A DNA stretch of 64,000 bases. Source: Antedon mediterranea. Taxonomy: Eukaryota; Animalia; Echinodermata. Below are positions 38,681-52,162 of the stretch, piece by piece (the stretch's first letter is position 1; each line of letters opens with the position of its first letter). A program made the position numbers and the translations under genes. The notes below the pieces were generated by a model, which was not told the origin of the DNA, did not search any database, and saw nothing but the letters and a program-made list of their open reading frames with translations. Where the stretch lies: positions 27,711,648 to 27,775,647 of the forward strand of contig NC_092673.1 of the NCBI RefSeq assembly GCF_964355755.1, in the 5' to 3' direction.

Positions 38681-40134
38681 ATACCAGGGTGTGGTCGATA
38701 CAACTTGCTGAGCCATGACATGGTATTGTCCATTGGGACAATGGCATTGTTCAACAAGCGAGTGTTTGTACAGTATAGGGTTCAGGCTTACTTTGTAAAA
38801 TGTATTATAAGTCATTGGCTCCCTTCCCCTATCCTGTATTTTTGGGATTGTTTGTAGGAAGGATGTCGACATTACATCCGTGACAATATTATATCGATGC
38901 CAAGTCGCGAGATGCGACCCAAGAACTAATCGATTGCGAAAGGTGATGTGACCAGAAATAATTGGAGAAATCTGGTGTCCTTGACGTAAAACACGTTCCG
39001 GGCTTCCGGGAATGTCTGCCAAGAAAGCGAGGGAAAATCAGAACACGCTCTCTGTACTGAGATTTAAAGGGAGATACCCCGAGTACACGACAAATTTAGT
39101 AAAGAATTCCTTCAAACGATCCAAATTAAAATATTATTTAAACATAGTGTATTTGGAGTAGTAGTAGTTTGTAGTATAGTGTTTGTATACATCATGAGTC
39201 ATCTGCGACATATGACTCATTATTTATTATATACTGTAGTAAACAGTAGTAGTTAAAATTGTTTCGTTTTAAAATCATGATCCAGTCGGTCATTCTATTT
39301 TGTGGTTCTCGATGAAATTACGTAGGCCTATTTATGCCGTGGTAATGTTATTTATCGTTATGGCTGCCGAAGCAAAAAGGATATATGTTTGGCTTGGTAT
39401 ACTGAATTTGTTATCGACGTCAGAACCGTGGCTTCCACCTACACGTCGTGTTAATTGATGGGCACGTAGGCGTAAATTCTATACAACAATTGCTTTATGG
39501 GAGTATTCGCTGAATTACTAGATTTGTAGATAACAAATGTTAATCATTAACATTTAATAAAATGTGTATGTTTAACAAATACTGTCGTACATTATGATTA
39601 GGGCCTAATTGTTTTATCTGTATAATATTTGTGGTTTATCTTACGTTCACCGGGTTATCATGTATTTTGTACATTACCGTACAAATGTTGTTGAAGATGT
39701 TATGAGACCCATGGTGTATTATGGTATCCTTGGTGTATTTATGGGATAACAGAATAAAGACGATTGTAAAGTAGGTCAACACTGTCATGATGTACCCAAA
39801 TATGGTAGTGATATGAACATCACCATATATATGCACATAACATTTTTTACTCACAAAGTTTGATAGCTTTAAATTGTTACAAGAGGATATGTAATACATT
39901 TTAAAATATGTATGATGTAATATTTGTCTACGATTGTGATCGCGTGATGAACGTCCGATATGCCATTAAGTCTCGACCACTTTGAAATGTAGGCCTATGA
40001 TGATATACCCATAGGCCTATCTATACGAATTTTTTTTATTAAATGGTCGTCAATCTAGTACTGTAGTAGTCAGTCAAGGGAAGAGAGTCACATGGTTTGT
40101 CTCGCTTTCAAACCCCATATATTTTACAATCCAC

Positions 40135-40420
40135 AAGATAAATAATAAACATATTCCAAGTATTTGCAGCAATGGCTGTTAATCGCCATCTTTATTCATT
40201 TCAAGTACACATTGTACATTTTGTCAAAAGACAAAAACACGGAAATAGGAAACAAAAATATAATAAACAGTACGGAAATGACGACAAAAGATTAACATTT
40301 GAAAATGCCTGATTAAATAAGTCCATGTATAATTAAGTTAATACATAATTATTTAAGGGATTCCCCCAGTAAAACCATGTAATAATAATAACTCCATGGC
40401 AATATACATAATAAATTATA
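40135..40420 (-). promoter_or_regulatory. IER 3'UTR with AU-rich elements and a candidate poly(A) signal
   Basis: Minus-strand UUAUUUA motifs (plus-strand TAAATAA near 40139 and 40314) and AATAAA (plus-strand TTTATT at 40191-40196). Confidence 0.5.
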
Positions 40421-40481
40421 GTTCATTGAGAAAATAGTTCGTAACGGAAATACAGACACGTGACATGTTTTAAAGGGAAGT

Positions 40482-41258
40482 TCAAAATGCGGCGATCGGC
40501 CGTTGGATCGCCTGGAATGCTGATGAAATCCCAGAAACATATGTTGAAATTTTAGCACCATTATTTTCTGACGATTCTTCCGTAGAAAGTCCTGAGAATC
40601 CTGCTTTAAAAATGTTCACCAAACTTGTAATAGATTGTTGGTTTTCGGACATATCGTTCTTTGTTGATTGGACAGAACAATCGACTCGTGCTTTCTTTGT
40701 ATTTGATGTACTACTGTCCGTTTGACTATCTCCCGATGAACACCTTCGTTTCCGACTACAAGAATTGCAATTTGTATTATTTTCCAAGGTGGATGTTTTG
40801 ACAACATTGTTCGAAATATCAAGAAGTGCTGGTCTGTTGTTGTCTGTGGTACATTCCTCTTTTACTTCGCCTCTTAATTCAGGCTGTATAACAACCATTT
40901 CAAATTCCTTGTCTGTACCGGTTGTCGGTCGTGACTCAGCGTCCAAGCTATTGTTTCCCGCCGTTGGCGTCAGGTCACGCGTTGTTTGTGACGCTTCCAC
41001 TATAGCATTTTCTTCATGATTATCAAAGTTCTCTTCTTCAGCACCTTTGGTCTCCCGTTTGGTCTCTATTGTCGTTTCCATATAAGACGTTGCTCTAGAC
41101 ATTTTATTGCACATATCCTCGTAATATATTGTCCTTGCCGAATTTAATACACCGGCTACAAGTAGATTCTTTCGTAGGCATATTCCTCCTTTCTGGTGTC
41201 GAGAACCGGCAATTTTTTTGAGTGATACACTGATCAATCTTTGTGCTTCTAACGCCAT
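40482..41258 (-). CDS. IER5L: Immediate early response protein (IER2/IER5/IER5L family), intronless, 258 aa
   Basis: N-terminus [45 protein letters not shown] matches the IER N-domain; C-terminal [15 protein letters not shown] and RPIAAF match the IER C-motifs. ATG at 41258 (the ORF-track start at 41303 is TTG). The symbol is family-level; probably co-orthologous to all three vertebrate genes. Confidence 0.9.
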   Translation of the reverse strand: MALEAQRLISVSLKKIAGSRHQKGGICLRKNLLVAGVLNSARTIYYEDMCNKMSRATSYMETTIETKRETKGAEEENFDNHEENAIVEASQTTRDLTPTAGNNSLDAESRPTTGTDKEFEMVVIQPELRGEVKEECTTDNNRPALLDISNNVVKTSTLENNTNCNSCSRKRRCSSGDSQTDSSTSNTKKARVDCSVQSTKNDMSENQQSITSLVNIFKAGFSGLSTEESSENNGAKISTYVSGISSAFQAIQRPIAAF

Positions 41259-41449
41259 TATTCCTGTTATCGTCTGCTCAAGGAAATTACAAAAGTGTGT
41301 CAATAAAAAGCAAGGCAGGTGTCGACCAATAAATCCTTTATGTAACCTTCTAAAGTATTCAATATAAATATAGTAATCAACAACGATATAAAAACGTTGT
41401 TACTACTGTCGACACGGCGTGATGAATAACCGTTGTTTGACAAGGAAAT

Positions 41450-41724
41450 TAGTATATGGTGGTCAATGACGTCAAATAATTGATCGATTGGCCAATCACC
41501 GTTCGTTTACTGTAATGACCTCATTGTTCCGGATGCGGTTCTCCACCCGTTGTTCATCGTCAGCCAATCACAACGCAGTTCGTCATACAAGGTTCTTCTT
41601 TGTTATGGTGACGTCATCAGCCAAAACATTGTAGTACTGATCTCGTAGTTAGGAATGCTCCATTATTTTTAGCACTGACAGCAGGCGATACAGAGGTCAA
41701 ATCATAATGGCTTTCCATATAAGG
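41450..41724 (-). promoter_or_regulatory. Immediate-early-type promoter of IER
   Basis: CRE TGACGTCA at 41467 and 41609, TGACCTCA at 41516, double CCAAT GATTGGCCAATC at 41486, CCAAT at 41564, ETS CCGGATG at 41529, perfect CArG CCATATAAGG at 41715-41724. Confidence 0.8.
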
Positions 41725-44700
41725 AGAATGTATTTACGCAAGATCTGTTTATTATACATCAGGTTTTTCCATTGTGCAAGTCAAAACTTGACCCGATCAG
41801 TCATCGGCATTGTCAACAGCCTATTCAGTTATGAAATAATACATCATTATATTTACATTTACAGATTATATTGATATATATCCGTTTATTTTCATTTTAA
41901 TAATCATAGAAATGTAAAGTTCTACATGGGGTGATGTTTTATCATAATGGCGAGAACTGACCTAAGGTTAATACTCTTGTACTTGACCTCCGAATGACCA
42001 TGACTAAGTAGTTCGGGGTCATGTAGATCACCCTTTATTTTTATAAATTTGTAGGAAATTACAATAATTTTGTTATGTTCTATTGTCCATTAATCTCGCC
42101 AAACAGACAGTTTTTGTATGATTCATTCAATCAGATGATCGTATTTTATGTATTTCGTCATTAGTTCGCTGAATTTTTTTCGCGATCCATTTCGATGAAT
42201 TATGAAATTGCGATCTTAGATATTTCCTTAGTCCCAAGAATATCTATTTGGCTGGTTTAATTATTGTATGCTATAGTTGAGTTTTTCTGCCAGGAATAAA
42301 GTGAATACGGTAACCAAATACTACGAAATGTTAAATATACTTACAATATGGATATTTATATCCTACCAAAACATATTGTTTTTTTTTAAAGTCTTTGTTT
42401 CTAGTTTCACGTGATTTTATGTATACAGTATATATTTATTTTATCTTTGTTTTAGATAAAATTTAACTTTTTTTCTATTCTTCACTACTATATTATTTTT
42501 GTTCTAAATTTGTCAGTGATTTCATCCGAATTGTACTTCCACATGGTAGCAATTCCTTAGGTTTTTTACAATAATTTAAAATAGAAAGAAAGCTATGTTG
42601 CGATGACCGTGCACTGTTTGTTTTTTTATCGAAAATCACGAATTTCGAGCATGCTTTCGAGGAACCGCAAAAGGAAATCATAACAAAACGAAGGAAGTAG
42701 TTCGACAAAGATGGTAGTTGAATATCGAGAAAAAAAAAACCTCACCATCTGCTCGAAGTTTACAATGGTAGTGGTTTCATAAATAGGGGTCAGGGGTCAT
42801 AAAACGTACATTTATAATACTCAGAGACAGGTTCATAGAGGGGGAATTGTGATTTAGTACTAAAGTAACAGCTATGATTGCATTATTACTCATGAGAGAG
42901 AAGTCAAAAGAACAGAAAAATATTAAAAAAGGATACAAAATGATTCGGACATCATGTAGACGTAATGGTTAATCATACACGGACACTCCTAACAACACTA
43001 TATATGACGTGTTTCATCGATCGTTATTTTTTATGTAATTTGAAATCTACTGAAGTAATAACACAATAATAAAGGTATCAACGTTTATAAACGGTTTATG
43101 AGCTATTAACTGAGTATAATAATGGATAATCTTTATAATAAAAGTACGTACGTGGTTCCGGAATCTGGGACGAAATAGTGCGTTGGATCAGTTCAGTTTA
43201 GTGATTAATAATTGAACTATTTATAATATTAATGCTATTTTAAGAACACAACACCTTATTGGTATTTCAATCTGTATCTTATATAAGTCAGAGATACTCT
43301 CCAGGTGGAATGCCATTCTGAAATGAGTAATTAGTACAATCTTTTTTTTATATTAATTTATATGTAATTTTACTTTCTATGGACCAGACATTCCGAAATA
43401 AAAGATTGAATATGAATAAAACACAGTATTGGTAATAGAATCCGTGGTCATCTTAATTCCGTCATCACTACATTTAATTATATATTTTTAAAAATGCGTC
43501 ATTTTGTATAATAATATACAGTAAACTTGAACATGTATTTTGTGCCGTCGTGTTGTCGTCCACGTCACGTTGGTCATTGTAGAATTTTTTAAATATGTGG
43601 CAATGTGGAGAAATCGATTGAGTGTATTCTTTAAAATGCAGCTAGCTTTCTTTTGAGTTTTCTTTGTGTTTTCTTAACAAAGAAAGGCAAAGAAAGTAAC
43701 TGATTCGACGTGCTTTGTGAGGAATTGAAAGAACAAAAACCAAGTTTCACGCCCAGATGCGTCTCTCAAAATAGCACGCATGCCCACGCCTTGGATAAAA
43801 ACAAGGAGATGTAGGAAATAATACTTAAGTTTATAATTGCAATAGGCCTAAATAGAGAAAAAAATATATACTCTTCTTTTTTTTAAACATTTTTTTTATA
43901 ATTGTGTCCTCGTAGTTTATAATTGCATAAATAGAGAACAAATATATACTCTTTTTTTTTGTCTTCTGACATTGACATAGCTTTCCACAATTTGTTTCCA
44001 GCACTGTGATAATGTATGTCTGTCTACATTTTCCTCTTTAAATTGTTCTTGATTTGGTTCATTCATTTGTTGGTCTTCCATACTGGTCGAGAGGTCGTTT
44101 TACTGTACTACTGTTTCTTTCACAGACAAAAATACTACAATATTAAAGTGTTAATGTATACTTTAAATTCAAACAGTTTAATATTTCAAATTATTTATTT
44201 TAGTAAAACAAAAAAGTAAATACTTATTATTCTGTCCGTGCATAATATAATTATAAACGGTAGCTTTAAGACAAAGCTATTCTTAGGTTGAGATGGTTGA
44301 GGACGAGGTCAGGTTTAGGTCATGGTATGCTCGCTATGAATGCACACTGTAGGTCCCTTCTGCTGTTTCCGTTACTATGTACTATAAATACAACCATAAT
44401 ATTTTAATATTATTATAAATAAACAAATTCATGCTGTATACAATGGATTATAAGAGAGGAAATAATTCAACATTTAACTTCACAATTAATCGAAAAGAAT
44501 TATATATATATAAGGCAACTGGATACACTGAAGTAAATTTTTTTGGTTTTTTTTTGTGATTAGGAAAATCATGTCATGATGACCTGGACCTATAAATCGG
44601 GTGCATGATATGACGAAGGCGTAATTGTTGATAAGATATTATCTGATGACGAATCATTACGTAACTACAATGGTAAATTATCAATAATTATGAGGGTATT

Positions 44701-45687
44701 TACAAAGTTGGAAGCCTCGCGAATCAACACGTGAGGTAAAGCTCATGCGTGTACTACTATGTACTCATGTGAACTATTCCTTTTCACGATAAGGGTCAAC
44801 AGTATTTATAATCGTAAATATAAACATTGTTTAACTTGATATATATCCCGGATCATTGATGTTTTTTAAGTCAGAAAAGAATATAGGCCACCAAAAAAAA
44901 AAATGAATTTAATATTGATAAGTTAGTGTAAATTGTAATTCCTGTCCTTACTCCCTGATACAATCATGACCTTTGTACAGGCGCGGCGGCCCTACAGTAG
45001 TGTGAATGGTACATACAACAGAATTGGAACTTCTGAATGAATGGGCATGGCTACTCACGGCTATGGAATGCGAGTAGTACAAGGTCGTGAAAGTGCGTTT
45101 GTTCCGACGATGAGAGAACAAAGGAGTGTGAACACCGGGCCTGCATTGTTTCGTTTTATAAGCATATATAGTAGCTCCTATTACATTCTTGTATCAGACT
45201 TACCTTTTAAATATTGTGTACATGCTTTACATTTACATTTCATTTCTTTTTATTTGTTTGAGTATAATATGAGTTGAGTGATAATATCTCTATGGTTTGT
45301 TTACAAACACTTTATAATATAATATATTAATTAATTAGCAAACTTTATCGTGCCATTGTTTTCTAACATTCATAATCAAAAACACTGTACAATTTATAAT
45401 TGTCAGCCCCATCCACCCTCCCAAAATGGTTGTGTTAGTTTTCATGTATAATAATATTCGATATAATACGATTCAGGGAAATATTTTGAATTCATTTTTC
45501 TCCTAGTTGTTCAAACATTCTAAAGACTGTACCAGGAAAATTATACCTCTGTGATACTAGGACTAGCCTCATACAGTTTTCTACTAAAATATCATCGTAA
45601 TTATATTATTAAGGAATACGTCACATGTATACGTCACAACACCGTGTGTTATCACGCTAGTTCAAAATTGATTTTCAGATAGTTATA

Positions 45688-45698
45688 GGGAATTTCCC
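45688..45698. promoter_or_regulatory. Consensus NF-kB site GGGAATTTCCC
   Basis: Exact consensus match, with ATACGTCAC CRE half-sites at about 45616 and 45628. Function untested. Confidence 0.45.
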
Positions 45699-46170
45699 TA
45701 TTTGTTGTTTGACAACACACACCGACACCATAGATGGATATGTTTGTATTCAAATTCCGCTCTCATGCTTGAATTCATTTCAGACAATTAAAACTGAAAA
45801 ATAGTTGTCTCGTGTATGAACATAAATAGAAAATGTATGAAATAAATGATAGTAGGTTTAATTAAACCTCTATTCACACCAGTGCTAAAAACGTTTGATT
45901 GACTTTAGACATCATCAAGGGAAAACAATGAATGATGATGTGTGATTTTTTATTAAACCTATACTCTGTTTATAGTATCATATTATGTAGTGTAATAATA
46001 GTCCGTTTAGGCCTCCTTAATTTTAGTTTCTGGAGAGATACAAGTGACCCTCTCCCACCTCGCCTGCGACAACTCGCTATACTGTTTAACACAGGCATAA
46101 TGATATCAATATGTAATTTTTAATTGTACGTAATAGTTTTTAGGGCAGATTAAACATGATATCTGTAGGC

Positions 46171-46219
46171 CGCTACTCATGAGCCAGTGTTTATGAAAGA
46201 GGACGAAACGCGTTTAGTG
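46171..46219 (+). ncRNA. Decayed minimal hammerhead ribozyme
   Basis: Stem I CGCUA/UAGUG, core CUCAUGA (G5 to C), broken stem II GCC..GGAC, GAA, palindromic stem III ACGCGU, GUU triplet. Confidence 0.55.
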
Positions 46220-46835
46220 CGTTGTCTTGTGACTCGAATATGAAGCATCAACAGAAGCATTCATCATGTGTCATCTGATTCCTAGAAATATCATAAATAG
46301 TTGCATCATGTCATTTAAACAGTCAGCATATAAATCATGGATTTTCTTCCATAAATAAACAAATGCTAGGAAAGCATTCCGAAATGGGAAACGGAAGATA
46401 GGCCTACTAGGGTTACGAACGAACGGTGGTTGTCAATTTTTTTAAATCGAAATTTTAAAAATTGAAAACATATTAATGTATGCAGCGCCATAATTTCCTC
46501 ATTACGTTTCACTGGAAATGTTCTGTAGGCCTACGTACAGTAGGCCTACAGGATCTCTTCCTCTAATGAGTATCCTGTACGGAAATGAAGGGAGCTATAT
46601 ATAGAGAATGACATACAGCCAGTGCATGTTGCAATCAATTAAGCTAATTTAATAGGTGCGGTGAACGTTAATAGCATCCCGTTAAATTAATGATAGGCAT
46701 ATATCAATTAGTATACACTGTAATACAGAAATGTTAAAAATAGACGGCACACTATTAATAAACTTTGGGTTTGTTCATGGAGTAAAGAATAGGTTGTAGC
46801 CTTGTCTAGGCTGTAGACCAAGTTCTGACTTAATA

Positions 46836-46973
46836 TAAAGCTCTGTCTATCAAACTAGTTTGACAAAAAAGTGTGATGTGCCCAATGGTAGTGATATGCT
46901 TAAATATGTTAGTGCATGACATCATCATGTCCACATATGAGCACCTAAGTTTGATTGTGTAGACAGAGCTTTA
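46836..46973. mobile_element. MITE family 1 copy
   Basis: TAAAGCTCTGTCTATCAAACT ... TGTAGACAGAGCTTTA. Confidence 0.8.
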
Positions 46974-47195
46974 ATAAAAAGATAAATATTTAGGCACATA
47001 TGGCGTTTCATACGTATACTATTTTCAAAACAAACATCGAAATACCGACTGGTGGACTAACATAAAAAACACAATAACTACATACTTGGGGGAAGCCTAA
47101 GTTTGTTGTTACAAGTCCAAATACAATATCATTTTCTTTTCTTTTTTACATACATACAAAACACAGGATTTAAGTAACCATGTTATCTATTTGGA

Positions 47196-47359
47196 TGACG
47201 GGAAATACCTGTAAATTTATGGGGAATCCCCGAAAGTCACGACACTTCCGTGTGGATAGCAGCGAACTATTGTATCAAACAATAACACGATATTAAACAT
47301 GATAGGCCTTTGACTTGTACACGCGTCAATAGAAACTGAAACACTCAATGATGACATCA
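47196..47359. promoter_or_regulatory. Candidate immune enhancer (kB, IRF/ISRE, ETS and ATF cluster)
   Basis: GGGAAATACC at 47200, GGGGAATCCCC at 47221, CACTTCCG at 47243, GAAACTGAAA at 47332, TGACATCA at 47352. Confidence 0.45.
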
Positions 47360-50300
47360 TTTTGATCACATGTTCATCGCTAGGTACCCTGGGATGGATT
47401 AAACATTACAGGTACCTTATTTATAAACTCTGCGATGGAAAACTGATCGGTCCCGTACACACCCCATCCCCACTTCCTCCAGCCCGTATTTACAATTATC
47501 AACATTTCACTAAGTTCCTATAATGGATATAAGCAAGGGCAAATTACTGAAACAGAATGACAATGCTGCGGGTGTATTCAGTGGCTGGATTTCAATGAAA
47601 ATAAATAAACAAGCTGAGTGACAAAATAAAACGAAAACAGACTTAGAATTAAAGAAATTAGAGAAAGAATTAAAGTGCTCGGCTTTTGAAAAACGCTCTC
47701 CTTCGTCAGGGCGGCTAATGACAGTACTTTTTTAACGAATTTAAGCTTAATGATGTAATGTATTGTCCAAAAACATAACAATGAAGATTAATAAAATCAG
47801 ACATAAAATTTAATTTTAAATTTACCTTAACATTAGGACTATAGGCCTATAATATAAAATAGTTAGTAATTATAAGCAATAATTGGCCTACAATTAAACA
47901 TTTTTTTTTAGAAACTATAAAATCCGTGTATTAAGTCATTATAATTAGTATGATATGTGAAGATTGTAGTATTTCTTTTCAAGACATCTCTCATGGGGTA
48001 ATACATATATTAATGCTACCATGCTATTGTATCTTGACTGTTGACCGGCGTGCGTAAATCGTCTGATGTTTGTATGGCACGACACTCTTTTTTATGTCTG
48101 CAATAATATTCGTCGTCGTATGCCCTTTTCAGATTAAAAGACTACTGTATATCATTCCATTATATACACAATTGTAGTGAAGTAGTAAAGAAATAAGCAA
48201 ATCACTGAATAACAAAAAACAACATAAAGTAGAAATATTATTAGTCGTCATAAAGCATTTAATGAAAAAGAAACGCGTTATGGTGTCTTCTCTTGTAGAA
48301 AAATGCGTTCCTACTTAATGAACATGACCTGGGACATAACCTATCTCAACCTGACAGTTCTCATACGGCAGGATGTGTGATTTTTATTGATTAAAGTAAT
48401 TTTCTTAGATATTTCCTTGTTCGGGTATTGTCACGAGTCACATCAGACGAAGTGTGCCTAGAGAGATACGTCGTGTTTGCAGGTCATGGAAGGGGCCCCG
48501 AGGCCTGATAAGGCAATATTGCAAGGTTAGGCTATACGAACACGACCTGGTCATTTATGAATATAAATCATTAGTGAGAGTGAATGAATGAAAATATGAT
48601 ATTAATTCTTGTGTAATCATGAAGTTCTTACTTCCGGATGTCTCGAGATTTCAACCCAGTTAAAATAAATTTGTTTCATAACTTGTATTACTGTAGTTCT
48701 TGTGAAAATAATGATTATAATAACAAACCTATTAAACTTAGAATTGCGTACTGCGTACACGTACATTACATTGCGAACATTACCACGTGTATTCCGAATT
48801 TTCATTCAGTCATTGGAAACCCTCAAGAGAGAGGAATTTAACCCCCCTCCCCTCTTTTTTCATACGAGGCAGGTAGTTTTACAAGCTGACATTAATAGTA
48901 TTACACTTGTGGCTGTGTGCCCAGTTCGTTTGTGTCCAAGGGATGTTTATTACCGTCTAGTCGCTCGGGTTCCGCAATCGCGCACACGAGAGAACCGCCA
49001 ACTCACGTATCAACTCTATCCACGAGCTATTTCTACACGTGTGAAGTGATATCTGGCAGACATAGGTGGGCGAACACAGATTTATCAGATTTACATTGAT
49101 TTGCCGCATTAACGGTCGGACGACCGGGCTCTTAATTCGTATTAACGCGCCAATTGCGCGCGTTGTTAATTGCATTAGAAATTAACACTAAGCATGTGGA
49201 TAAAGTCAATGGCCTGGTGGTCGTAAGTTCGAATCGTTTCTGGTCATCCAAATGGTACCGTACCTAAACCTTACTTTCCACTACAGACGCAACACAAAGA
49301 CGCCACGCAATGTAAACGAGTCGACCAATCACAAGCGATGGGTTATTCGAACAGTCATTTGTCATTGGTCATCTCACTTACGTTGCGTCTACGTCCCGTG
49401 TTGCGTCCTAGTGGGAAGGAATAAGTTAAATATGCATTGTTGATGGGGTAGCTATTGGTCCTCAGTACGTGTATCGACCAAGGGGCTCTGCGTTCGTTTT
49501 TTTTTTTTTTTACATGCGAAACGAAATTACATAACCTAATTAATACTTCTGTATTAATATGTGAGACAATAGTATTAGTAGATCCGGATTCCGTGTACAA
49601 ACACGGTTCGAAGCGAACTAGGACATCCTATGTCAATTGCTTTCGCGTGGAACGAGCCTCTCGGGGTCTGTTGGTTGGAAATCCGCATAATTAAATGTCA
49701 ACGTTTAAAACTAACGAATCATGATCTATATAAGTTGCGAAGTACTGTATATAAATATTTAGCATTATAGTTCAGTCAATGTATACATACATAAGTACAT
49801 AGGCCTATGGTGCAAATCAGTTTGATATCGGGTCCGCTAGTTTTATTCGGCCGCAATTAAATTAATACCGGAGTTGTATTATAAAATAACAACAATGAAC
49901 GCGTTTTTTCTATGTAGGTGGTACGCCTCCCTCCCCCATCCACTCAGCTCTCTCATATCATCCCTCTTGTGTAAGTCAAGATCATAAGTGAAGCCGGTCT
50001 AATTCCTGTGCTCAATGATGAAGTGAGTAAAGCCGGCCTAACCCCTGTAGGCCAACTCAATAAAACGAATAAAGAAGATGGTGCAACCACCGTTGATGAC
50101 AAAAAAAGGCCTGTACATAATTTCCACAGACCTTTAGTGAATGTAGGCCTATACCTCTTTATACCTTTTTTTATATTTCAAGATTCATAACTAAAACACA
50201 AACGGGATACATATTCTGTTCTCAAATTGTTTTCTCTAGTCTATTACTCTATAGGCTATATAGATAATCACTCCAGTTCCGTGGAACTAATAAATCGCCT

Positions 50301-52019
50301 GGCCAGTTTATATTTAGACAGTTTCGTGGTGGTACTCTAATATTATATAACACGTCGGGTTCACCAAACGGTCGTCATTTTAGAATCGAGAGAAGGCCGA
50401 TAAAAAGCAAACGTGAGTGATACGACGCAACAACACAAAGCCAACCCCGTGTCAGGGACGCGTTAGGGTCGGGGAAAATTACCCAACTTACGCATAAAAT
50501 TATGAAAGATTCCGTTGTCAATTATGAATGTTGAGTCAGCTATTAGAATTGGAAACCAATGGATGACGAGGTTTCCGCGTATAATGACTGTCATCCGTCT
50601 GTGCGTCCGTCGTCAGAATAGTACGCGCGACAGCTGCTGCCCCAGGTGCAGTTGCCCCACAATCGGACGGAGATGACGGATGCATAAAAAGGTATAATAT
50701 GAGTGGGAATTATGAGGATAAACGATGAGCAATGAATAGATGTAAACTGTGAACAATTCGTTTATATGGACTGCAGGACCGAAGTTGACAGTTAAAACTA
50801 CTTTCGATATCTAGTTGCGCGCTCAGTTAGTCCTTGCGTTGCGTCCATAGGGACGAGGCTTAAACGCCATGGTTACCACCGTAAGCGGCGAGTTGACCAA
50901 TGGCAAGCGACAGTTCGAATAATCCATCGCCTGTAATTGGTCAGATTACTTGCGTTGCGCTTACGTTAAAGCATAAAAGCTATTTAGTTACAGTATTTGT
51001 TGTCCTAGTTTAAGCTCATTATTAAGAAATGAGCGTTATAACGCTAATACACATTGAGGGCGCAGTTCCGTAAATAACCTCCAACATTCATTCATTCATT
51101 CTGATTCATTCATTCATTCATTTATTTGATCAAAATCACATAAAAACAAGTAAAAAAGGTTCATGAATAAAACAGTATAAAAACAACATATAAAACAATG
51201 ATAAAAATATTTGTGATGTTTTTATGCGTGGAATGGTTAATATCATTAGGTGCATACAAGAAATCAGGACCAATTAAATTAATTTAGTCACTGTGGCTGT
51301 AGCATTTCTATCTGACCTATGTGTTATTTTTACAGATTAAATTATTATTAGGCCCTCTCCTTGTAGGCCTACATCGTTAATACGGAGGCTTCTTTTTTTT
51401 ATAAATTTTCCAAAACGGTACATTTTATTCGCTTATCGTTCATATAGCCCAGCATTTTGTGAAATTCTGTATACGCGTATTATAAAGAATGACGTAGGCA
51501 ATTTGAAATGACGTCAGCTGGATTTCAATTTTCTGTGAATCGGTGCATTGTATATAGATGGCGCTACGCTAGAAATAAAAATAAACCACAATCGTATTCG
51601 ATTATAATACAGTAAATAAATGCATTATTCAGTTTTGTGTACCTGGTGAACATCCAGGACCCGATGTTTCAAGTTATTTATCCGGGTATGGTTGTGGCCT
51701 CAGCCTGCCCGCCAAATTTAGCAATAATTGGCCTAAAAACCGACCCTGAATAATTTGGGCCGTGCTCTAACCAAATATATGTACGTTTGTTTTTCTCTTA
51801 GGCCTACTAAGATGACAAATGGTAAACTTTGCATTGTATAAACATATTAATTTGAACAAAAAAGAAAAATAGTAAACTTTTAGGGCCTGCTAAAATAATA
51901 TATCGAAATGTGTTAAGACTACTTCAATATAAATGTATAAATAATAATGTTGTAGTGTCATTGCTTTGTATTAATAATAAAGCTTAATTGCTACATAGTC
52001 CTTGGCTTAAGTTACTATT

Positions 52020-52162
52020 CCAGGTCACGTTTGCAAAGTAATGAACGGATCGTTAAAGATTGCAGGAGCAAAAGCTTGGAAAGAGATCCCTGTAAAAATT
52101 CAAGAACGTTTGTCTGTAAATAGTTTTAAAATTAATTATAAAAAGCATTTCTTAAAAAATAA
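52020..52162 (+). mobile_element. CR1/L2-type LINE ORF2 C-terminal fragment
   Basis: Translates SLKIAGAKAWKEIPVKIQERLSVNSFKINYKKHFLKK*, the typical terminal G..LWN.LP......S...FK...K..L motif. Confidence 0.65.

Noticed and set aside
24258-39899. Many 60-145-aa ORFs between PTPA and IER
   Set aside because: Low-complexity or repeat-derived, with no domains or consistent exon chains.
41259-41303. N-terminal extension of IER shown in the ORF track
   Set aside because: It begins at TTG; family homology starts at the ATG at 41258.
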